Notes under the pieces: model-generated
The model's database searches: none
Told to the model about the DNA's origin: nothing
What the model saw: only the letters and a program-made list of their open reading frames with translations
Shown here: in pieces, positions 36,913 to 47,386 of the stretch
Layout of the letters: each line of letters begins with the position of its first letter
How positions within the stretch are numbered: the stretch's first letter is position 1
Origin: Selaginella moellendorffii
Lineage: Eukaryota; Plantae; Lycopodiophyta
Length of the DNA: 64,000 nucleotides
Assembly (NCBI RefSeq): GCF_000143415.4
Contig: NW_003314294.1
Span: 181,402-245,401, forward strand
Reading direction: 5' to 3'
Made by a program: the position numbers and the translations under genes

Positions 36913-39290
36913 TCAAATGATCGCTGGAAATCCAGTTTGTTGCATCTCACGCAGTCGCCATCGCGGAGTGAACTCGTCCGGATCCATTTCGTCTAGAGAA
37001 ACTTGCTGCATCGCCCAAGCGTAGAGGATCGTCCGGATATCGTCCTGCGCGATCCATCGAGATCTCGTTAGATGCTTTCCGGCAAACAGAAGAAGAAACT
37101 ATACTTGCCTTTGATCCTTCTCGTATGTGACCGAACTCATCGCGCACACAGTAGTTTTGCTGCGTTTGGAACTAACACGGCGAGAAGCGTTTTAGCACGG
37201 ATTAGAAAAACAAAGCGGAACTCACAGAGATAATGATAACTGGCTCGTTTCCGATTAGTTTCGATTCCCTGACTTCCAACTCCGATATGTAAAGAATCTG
37301 TGAGAAAGAGCAGCTTAGAAAGCGTCCTGGAAAGCTGAAAGCTTGCAGTTTCTACCTTGGTATCGACATATAGTCCTTGGCTTTGAAGTGCTCTGTGTTC
37401 TGCGCGACATCGCTCTACGACCTCCTTGCAAACTTTCTTTCTCAGCGTATCATAATCTCCCTGGCCCCCATACGATGAGTAAGAAATCGTGAAAAGCCTC
37501 AATTAAGAATGTTTCACCTTGAGATACGCAGTCAGTATCGGTCTGATATCTTCTTGGACTTCCAGGACAAAGTCAGGAAAAGAAAAGGTCCTGAAAAACT
37601 CGAGCGTCAAGACAAGACAAAGTGATTGACGTGAGATTCCTTACGGGTCCCTGCTGCGAATCTCTTTGAAAGCCGCTGCAGTTGCCGTCTCGCCAAAAAA
37701 CGATTCGTTTAGGCTGTAGAGAAAAAATCAACAGTGAAATCAAGCGTGGAGAGACTGCAATACGTACTCTTGAATCTTATGCACGACAGGACTATCGCTC
37801 GTTTCCCACCTATCCCTCATTTCGTCCGCTATCTGTACATGTCATGTTTAAGACAGGGGATACAAATAACGAAACCAGCAAGTACCTCGTTGGTTTTTTG
37901 AACTACTGGATGATCTTTGACATTTTTAAAGCGCCTGTACAATGGATGAGAAGTGGCCTGCAACACCGTTTCACTTAGCTAAAAAGAGAAAAAAAAAACG
38001 AAAGAGCAATCTTACCTTCTCTTTCAAGTCGTCCAAATGTTTCCGCCAGCCAGTGGTCGTCTTTGCAACAGGAACGATATCCGTTGCGCTGCTTCTGGAG
38101 AATCCTGGCTTGCTTTTCTTCACTTTCCGAGTCGACGTAAGCTCCTCCACAATCAAGTTGTAGCCGTCCTTCGCCACTGACGCTACACTTCCTATTCGCA
38201 TAGAGTCCAGAACCGACTTAACTTTCCCAGCGAAAGCTCCTCCACCGGGAGCCGACTGCTGAGCCTTTTGCTGTGAGGAATCAGTGCCTCCGTGTTCCTT
38301 GTCCTCCTTGGGAACCTCTTGCGCATCGGGAGATTCTCGAGGCTTCGAAGCCTCTTCTGCATTGGAAACCTTCGAAGCCTCTTCTGCATTGGGAACCTTC
38401 GAAGCCTCTTGTGCATTGGGAGCCTTCGAAGCCTCTTGTGCATTGGGAGCTTCTTCCGCCTTGGCAGCATCTTCAGCGATCCCAGCCTTGGAAGATTCTT
38501 CGGTTTTCTCGTCTCGTGCCCCTTCTTGTAATTTGTCAGCTCTAGGAATCACACTGCCCCTGACCTGTCAGTCATATCAGCACACAAACTTTGATTGGAA
38601 CAAGAAGGCAAAGAAAGAAAAAGCAAGCTTACTTGTTCTGATGCCTCGGATATCTTTTCCTTGATCACGCTCGACACTTGCTTTGCTCTCGTCTCCGCCT
38701 CTTCCCGAGCAGCATCAACGTGCTTGTACAAATGCTCGGCGGTCTCCTTAGTTCTGCATTTCCTCTGCCAATATCAGAGAGCCTTTGCACCAAGGGTGGA
38801 GATCTGCGTCCCTCAAACATCAAAAATATGTCTGAGCCTATACCAAGGACCATCCTCCACAAAAAAACTCCACTCCAAGAAAAAAAACAGACTAGAGAAG
38901 ATCTTTTCTAGTTTCTTACTCCCCCTTCCATCACTCAAAGCTGTGAGAAAGAATTACCTGCTCTTGAAATCGTCTGCCTTCTCCTTGAACTCCTTGATCG
39001 ATTTTTGCAACTCGGGATTGCTGGGAAAAACTCGTCAGAGAAACAAACCAATGCGAAAATTCGCAAACCTGTCAATCTCGCCCTTGAGCTTCTTCGAGAT
39101 TTCCTGGAAAATGCTCTGGTTGCGCGGGGAGTAGTGGAAAGGGCGTCGCGGGTAAAGAACCTAGAAGCACAGAAGGAATGATCGAATCGATCCATTGGCG
39201 CGCTCGCTAGAAATCTATGGCGCGCGAGAAAAGAAGAGAGCTTACGCGATGGGAGCGCAACGCCTGGCGCAAGAAGAAGCTCATGCTCAT
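36913..39290 (-). CDS. TIM44: Mitochondrial inner-membrane translocase subunit TIM44, multi-exon
   Basis: Presequence; ETATAAAFKEIRSRDP, FSFPDFVLEVQEDIRP, FQTQQNYCVRD, YAWAMQQ and WRLREMQQ motifs; GC-AG last intron 37045-37108. Confidence 0.88.
38320..38455 (-). repeat. 27-nt coding tandem repeat (PNAQEASKA-like, about 5 units) in TIM44
   Basis: CTTCGAAGCCTCTT.TGCATTGG repeated. Confidence 0.85.
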
Positions 39291-39785
39291 CGCCTCGTCC
39301 CACAGCCGCGATTAAAACCCGCGTCTCCACGCAAGGTTTAGGGCTAGGGCTGACACAAAAATCTCAGCCCTAACCCTAACTTTACCCATTCCCTAATTAG
39401 GAATTAGCCAAAAGGCTACCATAGTATAAAACCTAGCATTCGAGAATCCTTTCGCTACAATGACGACAATGACGAGAACACGAAGAACTGCGATTTCTCG
39501 GGAAAAATCACTGTCCCCAGAGGCAGTAGCGATCACGTTTTTCATTCTTCTTTCCATCATCCGGCTGGGGATTCTTCCGGCAGCTTTGGCAACTTCATGC
39601 TCTTTGTTTCTAAAGATGATCACTGCAAGTGAGGCAACCAGGAGGAATTCTCCTCTTGTGGCCAAAAGACCCAGAAAAGGAACTCTAAGGTTTCCAAGAG
39701 CCTCAGTCTCACACTGAGAAAATCTTCTAGAGGTTCATATGTTGTAACTCCAGACTTGTATTTATCAAGTTTCTGGAAAGGAATT

Positions 39786-40394
39786 TCAACTTCTTGAACA
39801 CGAAAACTTGACATCGCTGCCGTACTTGGCGATCAAATCCTTGAAAGAATCCACCTGACCATCGTCGTAAGCGCCAACTTCATCGGGTCTCCACATCACC
39901 ATCAAGCTCGCGACGCTCCTCTCGCTCTCATCGAAGAACCTCACCATGTAAGTCGTGATGTTTCCCTGCATGGATTTCCCCTGTATCAGCTTGGCCGACG
40001 AGACCTTGTCCACGAGCAAATGGAAGTCCACGTTGTCTTCCTTGATCATCAAGTTCGCGTACTCGCCCTTTCCCGGGAAATCCTTGTAGAAGAGCTTGTC
40101 CAGGCTCGGCACCACGGATTCCAGCACCCCCACGCCGGTGTTGACGATGATCCTCATCCTTCCCACGGCCTTGAGATCTTCCAGCAAATCCTTCACGGAA
40201 TGCGCGCTAGCGCTCGTCGAAGAGGGCTCCCAATCCACATTGGTGGGCGATGAGATGGAGCAGCGAGGGATGGATCTAGCGGAGACTCTCGCGATTCTAG
40301 CCGAGAATGGCGCTGCCACTGACCTTGGAATGGGGTGGATCGCTGGAACCAAGGATGTGGCCGCCATCGTCATAGCCACACCCAAGTTTGCCAT
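39786..40394 (-). CDS. ChuX/HutX-like putative heme-binding protein with plastid transit peptide, no introns
   Basis: LEDLKAVGRMRIIV, KLFY..GKGEYAN, FHL, GNITTYMVRF and G.YD.GQV..F..L..KYG resemble the cyanobacterial ChuX/HutX pattern as recalled; Ser/Ala/Arg-rich N-terminus. Confidence 0.72.
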   Translation of the reverse strand: MANLGVAMTMAATSLVPAIHPIPRSVAAPFSARIARVSARSIPRCSISSPTNVDWEPSSTSASAHSVKDLLEDLKAVGRMRIIVNTGVGVLESVVPSLDKLFYKDFPGKGEYANLMIKEDNVDFHLLVDKVSSAKLIQGKSMQGNITTYMVRFFDESERSVASLMVMWRPDEVGAYDDGQVDSFKDLIAKYGSDVKFSCSRS

Positions 40395-40669
40395 GTTTAA
40401 ACTCCGTACACGTGATCACGCCCGTACAAAAGTTTTATTTTCATTCCATAGAACACAAAAAAGAGAAGCTCGACGATTTTATACAGTCTCGTTTATAAAC
40501 AAACGAAACCACACCTCTAGGAAATATATACTCTCTCTTTTCGTTTACATCACACAATTCAATCCACCACTCACCTCGGCAGCAGCGTTTTCAATCAAAC
40601 CTTGCAAATGGTAGACTCCAAACAATCTCCTCTGTCTTTTTTTTTTCCGTGATCTTCGATTCATCCGCT

Positions 40670-41564
40670 TCACTTCGCTGCTGCCTTTCCGGGTGTCTTG
40701 GACAGATTGCTAAAGTCCCCTTTCTCCTTGACGAGCTGAGCGTAGTGATGTCTGCAGTAAAGCCGGCCTTCGTGAGCTTGGTAGTTCGAGGGAGATATCG
40801 TGCAGCCGCCGTGACTGCATTTGAAACAAGACTTGTGATACGATGTGTTCTCAACAGTGACCTGTAAGATCAAAGAAATCGTCACTCGCTAGATACCAAA
40901 CATCCTACTAGACAAACCTTCTCGATCGGGTACACAGTTTTCCCGCAAGCAAAACATTTTTCTTGAGTCCCAGAGAACAAGAGCGATGTCTTGGAAGGCG
41001 TCTTGCTCTGTTGCGAAAACAAAACAAAAAAAACCAGCCGAAAGTTGGTTGCCACAAAGTCAAAAGTCTTGTTCTTTTTTTTGAATTACCGCTTCTTCGC
41101 CAACGGGCTTGTGTAGAAGTCCTGTCAATCCACAGTGGAGTCGTGACGCGATCAATTTGAAAAAATACATTCTTTTAGAAGATAAAGTTCCTACCTGACT
41201 CGAAACTCTTATCGAAACTTCCCGTGAGCTTGAAGAGCTGATCGAAATGGGGCTTGCAATACAAGACGCCCTCCAGCGAAGCATAATTGCTAAGCTGCAA
41301 TCGAAGAAACCAAAGATTTCTATCATGCTCAAATTGGAAGAGAGAGAAACATGATCTTGAATCAAATCCTCATCTCTCTCTCTCTCTCTCTCTCAATCTC
41401 AATCTCAGTCTCCCAATTACCTTCAATGTCCCCTTGCAGTGATGGCATCGAAAGCACGCTTTGTGATAGACGACGCCATCGGCAGTGAGCTGATCCACCA
41501 AGTAGACTGTCTTGTCGCATGCCTTGCATTTTTGCTGCGTCCCGGCGAAAGAAAAGGAAGACAT
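40670..41564 (-). CDS. Two-LIM-domain actin-bundling protein (WLIM-like)
   Basis: [36 protein letters not shown]; [19 protein letters not shown]. Confidence 0.95.
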
Positions 41565-44184
41565 CCTAGAACAGCTGCTACTGCCGCCCGGCGCCCTCGC
41601 CCGCTGCTCGATCGATTGATCCGACCTCGCTGCCAAGAGAACCCTAGAATACCCAAAAACGACCTAGCATTTCGGCCACAGCGTATACTAAAACGGGGAC
41701 CACTAGCAGTGTGACACGTCGGCAAGCGCATCCTGTCTGGCAGCACCGAACATTTGAATGACAGCCAGTGCGAGCGCGCCAGCTGTATAAGAGAGAAAGT
41801 TGGTCGCTGACGTGGCCGGCTTCTAGAACTCGTGGTAAAGCTTTCCTTTCTCTAAGAAAATCCAGTCAATATTGTACGGAAGTTTTCATTCTCTTTGTAA
41901 ACCAGAGAACTTCCCACATCGTCTGGAGATTTTTCTCTTCTCTTGGACAGTCAAGAAGATCGTGGGTTCATTGATCGATCAATCTCGCAACAAATTTTAA
42001 ACACATTGACTTCCACCAGGACCAGTTGGATTGTCCAGAGATTTCACCTCCGTACGCCCGGATCTCTAGAGATTCCGGGATCCACTCCAAACAGATTAGT
42101 CTAAAGCCCCATCTCACATTACACGAAAGATTCCATTGCTCGCAAGATTAACCAAGTCTTTGCTCAAACACACACAGCCCACGAGAGATTCCTCCTAGTA
42201 CAGTGAGAAAAACCTGTAGTTTTAGCAAACCTTTAGACACCTTTAATCATCGCCCAGGAGATTTGTGTTTTCGAATTGCCTGGAAAGGTTTTCGCAAGGA
42301 TCATGAAAGTGAGTGCAAATTAAAATGCATCATCACGACCATCATACCATGCCATTTTCATTCCAATCGATTTATAATTATCGTCTTGATCTTTATCATT
42401 GGGACCAAAAGGCAAGAAAAAAGCTTTAAAGATTATATCTTTTGTTAATTTTTCTGGCTTCATGCGACGATCACGCAAGAAAAGAAAAAAGAAAAAAAAA
42501 TCTAACAATGATGCATAGCACCACTCACGTCGTTTGGCGGTGGGGCGAATATACCCCAACACTCGCTTTGAATATTCCTCCCTCCTTTTTCCCCTTGAAA
42601 AGCTACAGAAAAGAAGGCATATGCAATAATGCGTGTTGGAGGGAATCAAACGGCAATCATGGGCCCCCTGCAAATCTTTTCATTTTTCTAAAGCAGAGAA
42701 TATTCGGGGAGGGGATCTTCGAAAGGTGGACGCCAAATGCCCTGGACTGGCATTTTGGTTTTGTCTTTGTTTTCGTTTTGGCGCAAGGGAACAAGGGCCG
42801 CAGAGGAAACTCTAGCTTTTTCTCCGGTATCAGTATACAAAAGGGCGACACATATTGCTGGTACCAGCTTGTATAGATATGCGTAGAGCAGTGAGATCAT
42901 TGAGCAATGTGCCCCCTTTTGTTTGGTTTTGCTTGTTTGTAAGTTGTGCTTGTTTTTGTGTTTTTTATTTCAATCTATTTTTCTTTATTTCTCTTCGTCC
43001 CGCTGTGAAAGTTACGGATGCCTGACGACGGGAGAAAGAAACAAAGTTTGCATTCATATGTATTTTCTAGGTGTATCTTTGTGTTTGACTAGCCAATACG
43101 CGTATGGGGTTTCGTAATCTAACCAGGTGGAATGCTGGATGTCACTCATGCTGCTGGGACAATGGGATTAGAATATTCGTGGGTCTATTTGCGCATTGAT
43201 TCGCTTGCATCTGAGCAAGCTGGCTGCTTGAGACAACAGTTTTCAAAATGCCCTCTCAAGGCATTCAGAAACTCTGTAAAATTCACCATAAAAATCTATC
43301 TAGAACATTCCGATCAGCCAAAGTATTTACAATACATTTATCTTATCTAATTCGACTTTACCAGTGGTGCTTTTCAAAATACCATTTAGTATACGTGCAT
43401 GGAAATGAATCAATTATATTTTTGCTTGTTTGAAATGCTTGAACAGGTCAACATGAAAACACAACTATTCATGTCTCCCAAAATATTTTCTTCCTTTCAT
43501 TTGTTTATTTTGTTTGAAAAAGGGATTGTGCTCCATTTAATGCCTTTGCCCAATTGTGCCAGCTCCAGCCAAAATGCTTGTTTAGCATTAGCAGTAGCCA
43601 GTGGCTGGCACAGAACCAAGGCCTTATCTTTCAAATCTTTGGAAACTACTGCCTCCAGGGAATCATCCTATATGAGTGGAGTGGTGCCATTCTCTCTGGT
43701 TTGTTTTTAAGCTTCTTTTTTATGATATAGCAGAGAGTTTTCTTCAAGAGAGGAAGGACTGTTCTTCTTCTTCTTCTTCTTCTTCCAAGTTTTTCCTCTT
43801 GTTTCTTAGCCATTTGGTTTGATCTTCCTGTGCGCGCTAGCTTGGCTTTGTTGATATTGCTCTTGCCACTCTTTCTTTCTCTTTCTTGCCTTCCAAGGCT
43901 TCCAGAATCCTACCCCAGAGAGTCTGCTTGTTTCTTGCTCCTGTCCCAGATTAGAAGTTTCCAAGCCCAAAAGCCAAGCAATTTTCTCAGCTCAATTCTT
44001 GGAGGAGATCTCCTAGCTCTTGGATTTTTACTATGTTGCAGCTAGATCATCTGCTTTGTCTGTCACCGTCTCGTGAGATTTGAGAGAATGACTGGATCTT
44101 TGCTGCAATGGGAGGCCGTGACTGCAAGGGAAACAACAGGATAGCGAGAGCAATCCTCCTTTTCCTCAGTGAGAACCAGGATGT

Positions 44185-44280
44185 GGGGAGTGTAGCCTAG
44201 CTCGAGAGATTGATTTGATACTAAGGCTACGCACACAAGGTTGTGATCACAGCTTTGTCTCGGACCAGGCTTCATTCCCC
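44185..44280 (+). ncRNA. MIR166: MIR166 precursor hairpin; mature miR166 at 44260-44280
   Basis: Exact TCGGACCAGGCTTCATTCCCC; 5' arm GGGGAGTGTAGCCTAGCTCGAGA (44185-44207) pairs with it with 3 mismatches. Confidence 0.95.
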
Positions 44281-44905
44281 TCAGTGTGGTGCTCACTCTC
44301 GATCAAGCTCGAGTTTTCTTTAGCCGTGGGTGTGAAATCTTTGTGCTTGCAGTCGATCTTGCAGGAACCGAATCACTCGAAGAGCTCGTCAGATCTAATC
44401 GAATCGAGCAGGCTCGTGTTTTTCGTGGATCTTTCTCTCTCGTTGGCAGAAGAAAGAGCCCATTCGAAGGTACCAGCTTGTGGAAGAAACGCTTAACACT
44501 CCATCTCCATTCCTTTGTTGCTTGCTCTGTTGCTGTGTTGTTGTTGGTGGTGGCGCTGGTGGGTGGACCGCAACAAAAGCCTCGCATTGATGGCGAATTC
44601 AATAGAACTGGCCGAGCAGCGTACATCCATCCAGAGGTTTTCAATTAGAGGTACGAAAGTGAGAGATTCTTGTTTTTCTACACAGCATGATGATGATGCG
44701 ATGATGATCCATGCTGTGCTTGATCTTTGCTTCATGATATAATCACGGCAAATCCTCTCCAACAGTCTAAGAGTCACCAATACGAACGAGCCATAGTTTC
44801 TTCTCCAAAGGTCAGACTTTTAACTTTCTCGGCCGTAAGTTCATCTTTCTGGATCCACCATCGTGATCTTCGAGCTTTAGCCAGCAATCCCATCGCTGAA
44901 ACTTC

Positions 44906-47104
44906 TCACTCAATGATCAAACTTTGATGGTCATCGTCAATCATTCCAGAGTGGACACCGCCGAGGAGTTCTTCCGTGTAAAGATTACCCAGAAGCACGA
45001 AAGGAGACGAGGAGGCGTGTAGATCTAGCGCCGACGCACACTCGGCCGCGTGCTCGGCTCTCTCCACATCGTTATACATCCGGCAGCAGCTCAGCAGCGT
45101 CTTCCAGGCGATGGAATCCGGCACGAAAGGCATGCTGTAGATCAAACTCTCGGCTTCCACCAATCTACCAGCACGGCCCAAAACACTCACCATGCAGTGG
45201 AAATGCTCGCAGCTCGGCTGGACGAAGTGGTCGGAGATCATCCCAGTGAAGTGCTCCACAGCGTCTCGGACTCGCCCAGCATGGCCGCAAGCGCTGAGAA
45301 TGCTCGCAAAGGAGACGTCATCAGGCTTGCAAGATCCGTCAAGAACCATGTCTCTGAAAAGGATTACCCCGTTTCGGGCATGTCCGTTTTGGGCATACGC
45401 TACCAGCAAAGCGTTCCAAGAAAAAACCGTTCTCTCTGGAGATTTCTCAAGCAGGGACTTGGCTTTGGTTAGATACCCATTTTGGGCATTTGCTAGGATC
45501 ATAGAAGTCCAAGATTGTGCGTCCCAGAGTGGAGCTTTCTCAAATACCTGTGAGCTTTCCGTTACGCGGCTATGCAGCGCAAAGGCCTTGAGCATAGCAT
45601 TCCACACAAGAACGTTCTTTAGCGGCATCATATGAAAAATCGTTTGCGATTTCTCTAAATGCCCATTTTGGGCATATGCTTGTATCATCGCGTTTCCAGC
45701 CACCACATTCTCCCTCCCAACGTAATCGTAGATATCTTTTGCTAGACCAACCAAGCCGCAATCGCCCAGCATCTGGATCCACAGCGTCCACGAGAAATCA
45801 TCCAGAGCTGGAGCTCGATCCAGCACTGCTCCAGCATAATCGGGATCTCCTCCCTGAGCAAATGCCGCCGCGAGCGAATTCCACGACACCTGGTTGCGCT
45901 CGGGCATGGCGTCAAAACACTCCTTCGCATCGCCCAACCGACCACCCTGCGCCAGCGTCGTGAGCATCGCGGTCCAGGACACGAGATTACACTGGGGCAT
46001 TCGCTGGAACGAAGCGATCGCCAGAGCCACATCGCCGATCATCGCGTAGGCCTGCAGCAGCGCCGTCCACGACACGACGTTGCGCTCCGGCATTGCATCG
46101 AAGGCAGCCCTCGCTTCCAACGTCGCGCCGTTTTGTCCCAGCCCCGCGATCATGCTCGTCCAGGTGAAGACACAGGGACCTGGGAAGCAATCAAACACAA
46201 CCTTCGCCTGATCTATGAGACCCACGAACAGCAATGCCTGGATCATCGAATTCCAGCTTACTCGATCGTGGAGAGGCATGTTTCTCCACAGCGCCATCGT
46301 TTCCTGAAAATGCCCTATTTGGGCATATGCAGTAATAATGGTATTCCAAGATACCTCGTTTCGCACGGGCATGTTGTCAAACACAAACTTCACGTCATCT
46401 AATTTCCCGCTTTGTGAGTATGCGTGTAACATACACGTACTTGTGAGTGGATCTGGATCAGGCAAAGAGTTGTACAAACTCTGTGCTTTCAGTAAATGCC
46501 CACTCTCGGCAAATGCTTTGATCATGACTGTGCAAGAAATGTTGTTCCACTGCGGCATCTTGTAGAAAATGGTGCGTGTAAGGTTTTGATCGTAGGCTTG
46601 GAGTATCGTGTTCCATGCTACCTCGTTGCGAACGGGCATAGCATCAAACAAGGCTTTTGATTCGTCAAAATGCCCTCTTTGAGCATATGCTGCAACCATA
46701 GCCGTCCAAGAGATCACGTTAGGTCTTGGCATCGCGTCGAAGTTCTTGCGCGCCTGACGGAGATCCCCGCCCCGGGCGCACGCCTGGATGACAATGTTCC
46801 AGGAGACGCTGCTGGGGCGCTCGATCTGCTGGAAGCTCCTCTGGGCATCTGCCGCGCTGCCACAGTTGCCATAGCTCTGCGTGAGGAGGTTCCAGAGGAG
46901 CGCATTCTCGCGGTGGTCGCTCTCGCGGAGCCGCCGCTGGATTTGCCTGAGCCCCTCGAGATCTTTGCTCGCTCCCAATGCGCGAATTCGAGCCGCGATG
47001 CCCTCGATCTCCGCCTGGAATGCCGCGAATCGATCGTCGATAGGGGGAATTTGGCGAACGATCACGCGAGGCTTCGTCCTCGCGAGCTCTCTTAGCTTAA
47101 GCAT
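44906..47104 (-). CDS. PPR protein rich in short (S-type) repeats, E domain, no DYW domain
   Basis: 732 aa of ~31-aa FDAMPERNVVSW repeats; HFHCMVSVLGRAG..MPFVPDSIAWKTLL. Confidence 0.93.
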   Translation of the reverse strand: MLKLRELARTKPRVIVRQIPPIDDRFAAFQAEIEGIAARIRALGASKDLEGLRQIQRRLRESDHRENALLWNLLTQSYGNCGSAADAQRSFQQIERPSSVSWNIVIQACARGGDLRQARKNFDAMPRPNVISWTAMVAAYAQRGHFDESKALFDAMPVRNEVAWNTILQAYDQNLTRTIFYKMPQWNNISCTVMIKAFAESGHLLKAQSLYNSLPDPDPLTSTCMLHAYSQSGKLDDVKFVFDNMPVRNEVSWNTIITAYAQIGHFQETMALWRNMPLHDRVSWNSMIQALLFVGLIDQAKVVFDCFPGPCVFTWTSMIAGLGQNGATLEARAAFDAMPERNVVSWTALLQAYAMIGDVALAIASFQRMPQCNLVSWTAMLTTLAQGGRLGDAKECFDAMPERNQVSWNSLAAAFAQGGDPDYAGAVLDRAPALDDFSWTLWIQMLGDCGLVGLAKDIYDYVGRENVVAGNAMIQAYAQNGHLEKSQTIFHMMPLKNVLVWNAMLKAFALHSRVTESSQVFEKAPLWDAQSWTSMILANAQNGYLTKAKSLLEKSPERTVFSWNALLVAYAQNGHARNGVILFRDMVLDGSCKPDDVSFASILSACGHAGRVRDAVEHFTGMISDHFVQPSCEHFHCMVSVLGRAGRLVEAESLIYSMPFVPDSIAWKTLLSCCRMYNDVERAEHAAECASALDLHASSSPFVLLGNLYTEELLGGVHSGMIDDDHQSLIIE

Positions 47105-47386
47105 GGACTAATTAATCCTTGTTTAAGTAGATTCTCCTTTTCCCTCGAAATATCTGGGAGCGGCGCCGCTGGATTGGCCGGCGGCGCATCCTGACCGTCG
47201 ACACCGCTGCTTATCTTCTTCTCCCATAAACCCTGACAAAGCCCTCATTGCCCTACGGGCGCGCGTGGTGCGAGGATAAGGAGGCGCCGCTCTCTCGCCG
47301 CTCGAAATCCCTCCTCCAGGTATGACGAAGCTCGCGATTCGAGCGAAGAATGCGATTCTGATAGCGCGCATTTTGGTGTAGAAATC

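Noticed and set aside
39364-39380. Telomerase RNA template
   Set aside because: The repeat is CCCTAA-type rather than the plant CCCTAAA type, and no USE/TATA Pol III promoter lies upstream.
41911-41921. snRNA USE-like motif TTCCCACATCG
   Set aside because: No correctly spaced TATA box and no recognisable snRNA downstream.
43555-43612. Hairpin TGTGCCAGC/GCTGGCACA as a second miRNA
   Set aside because: The stem is too short and matches no mature miRNA I know.
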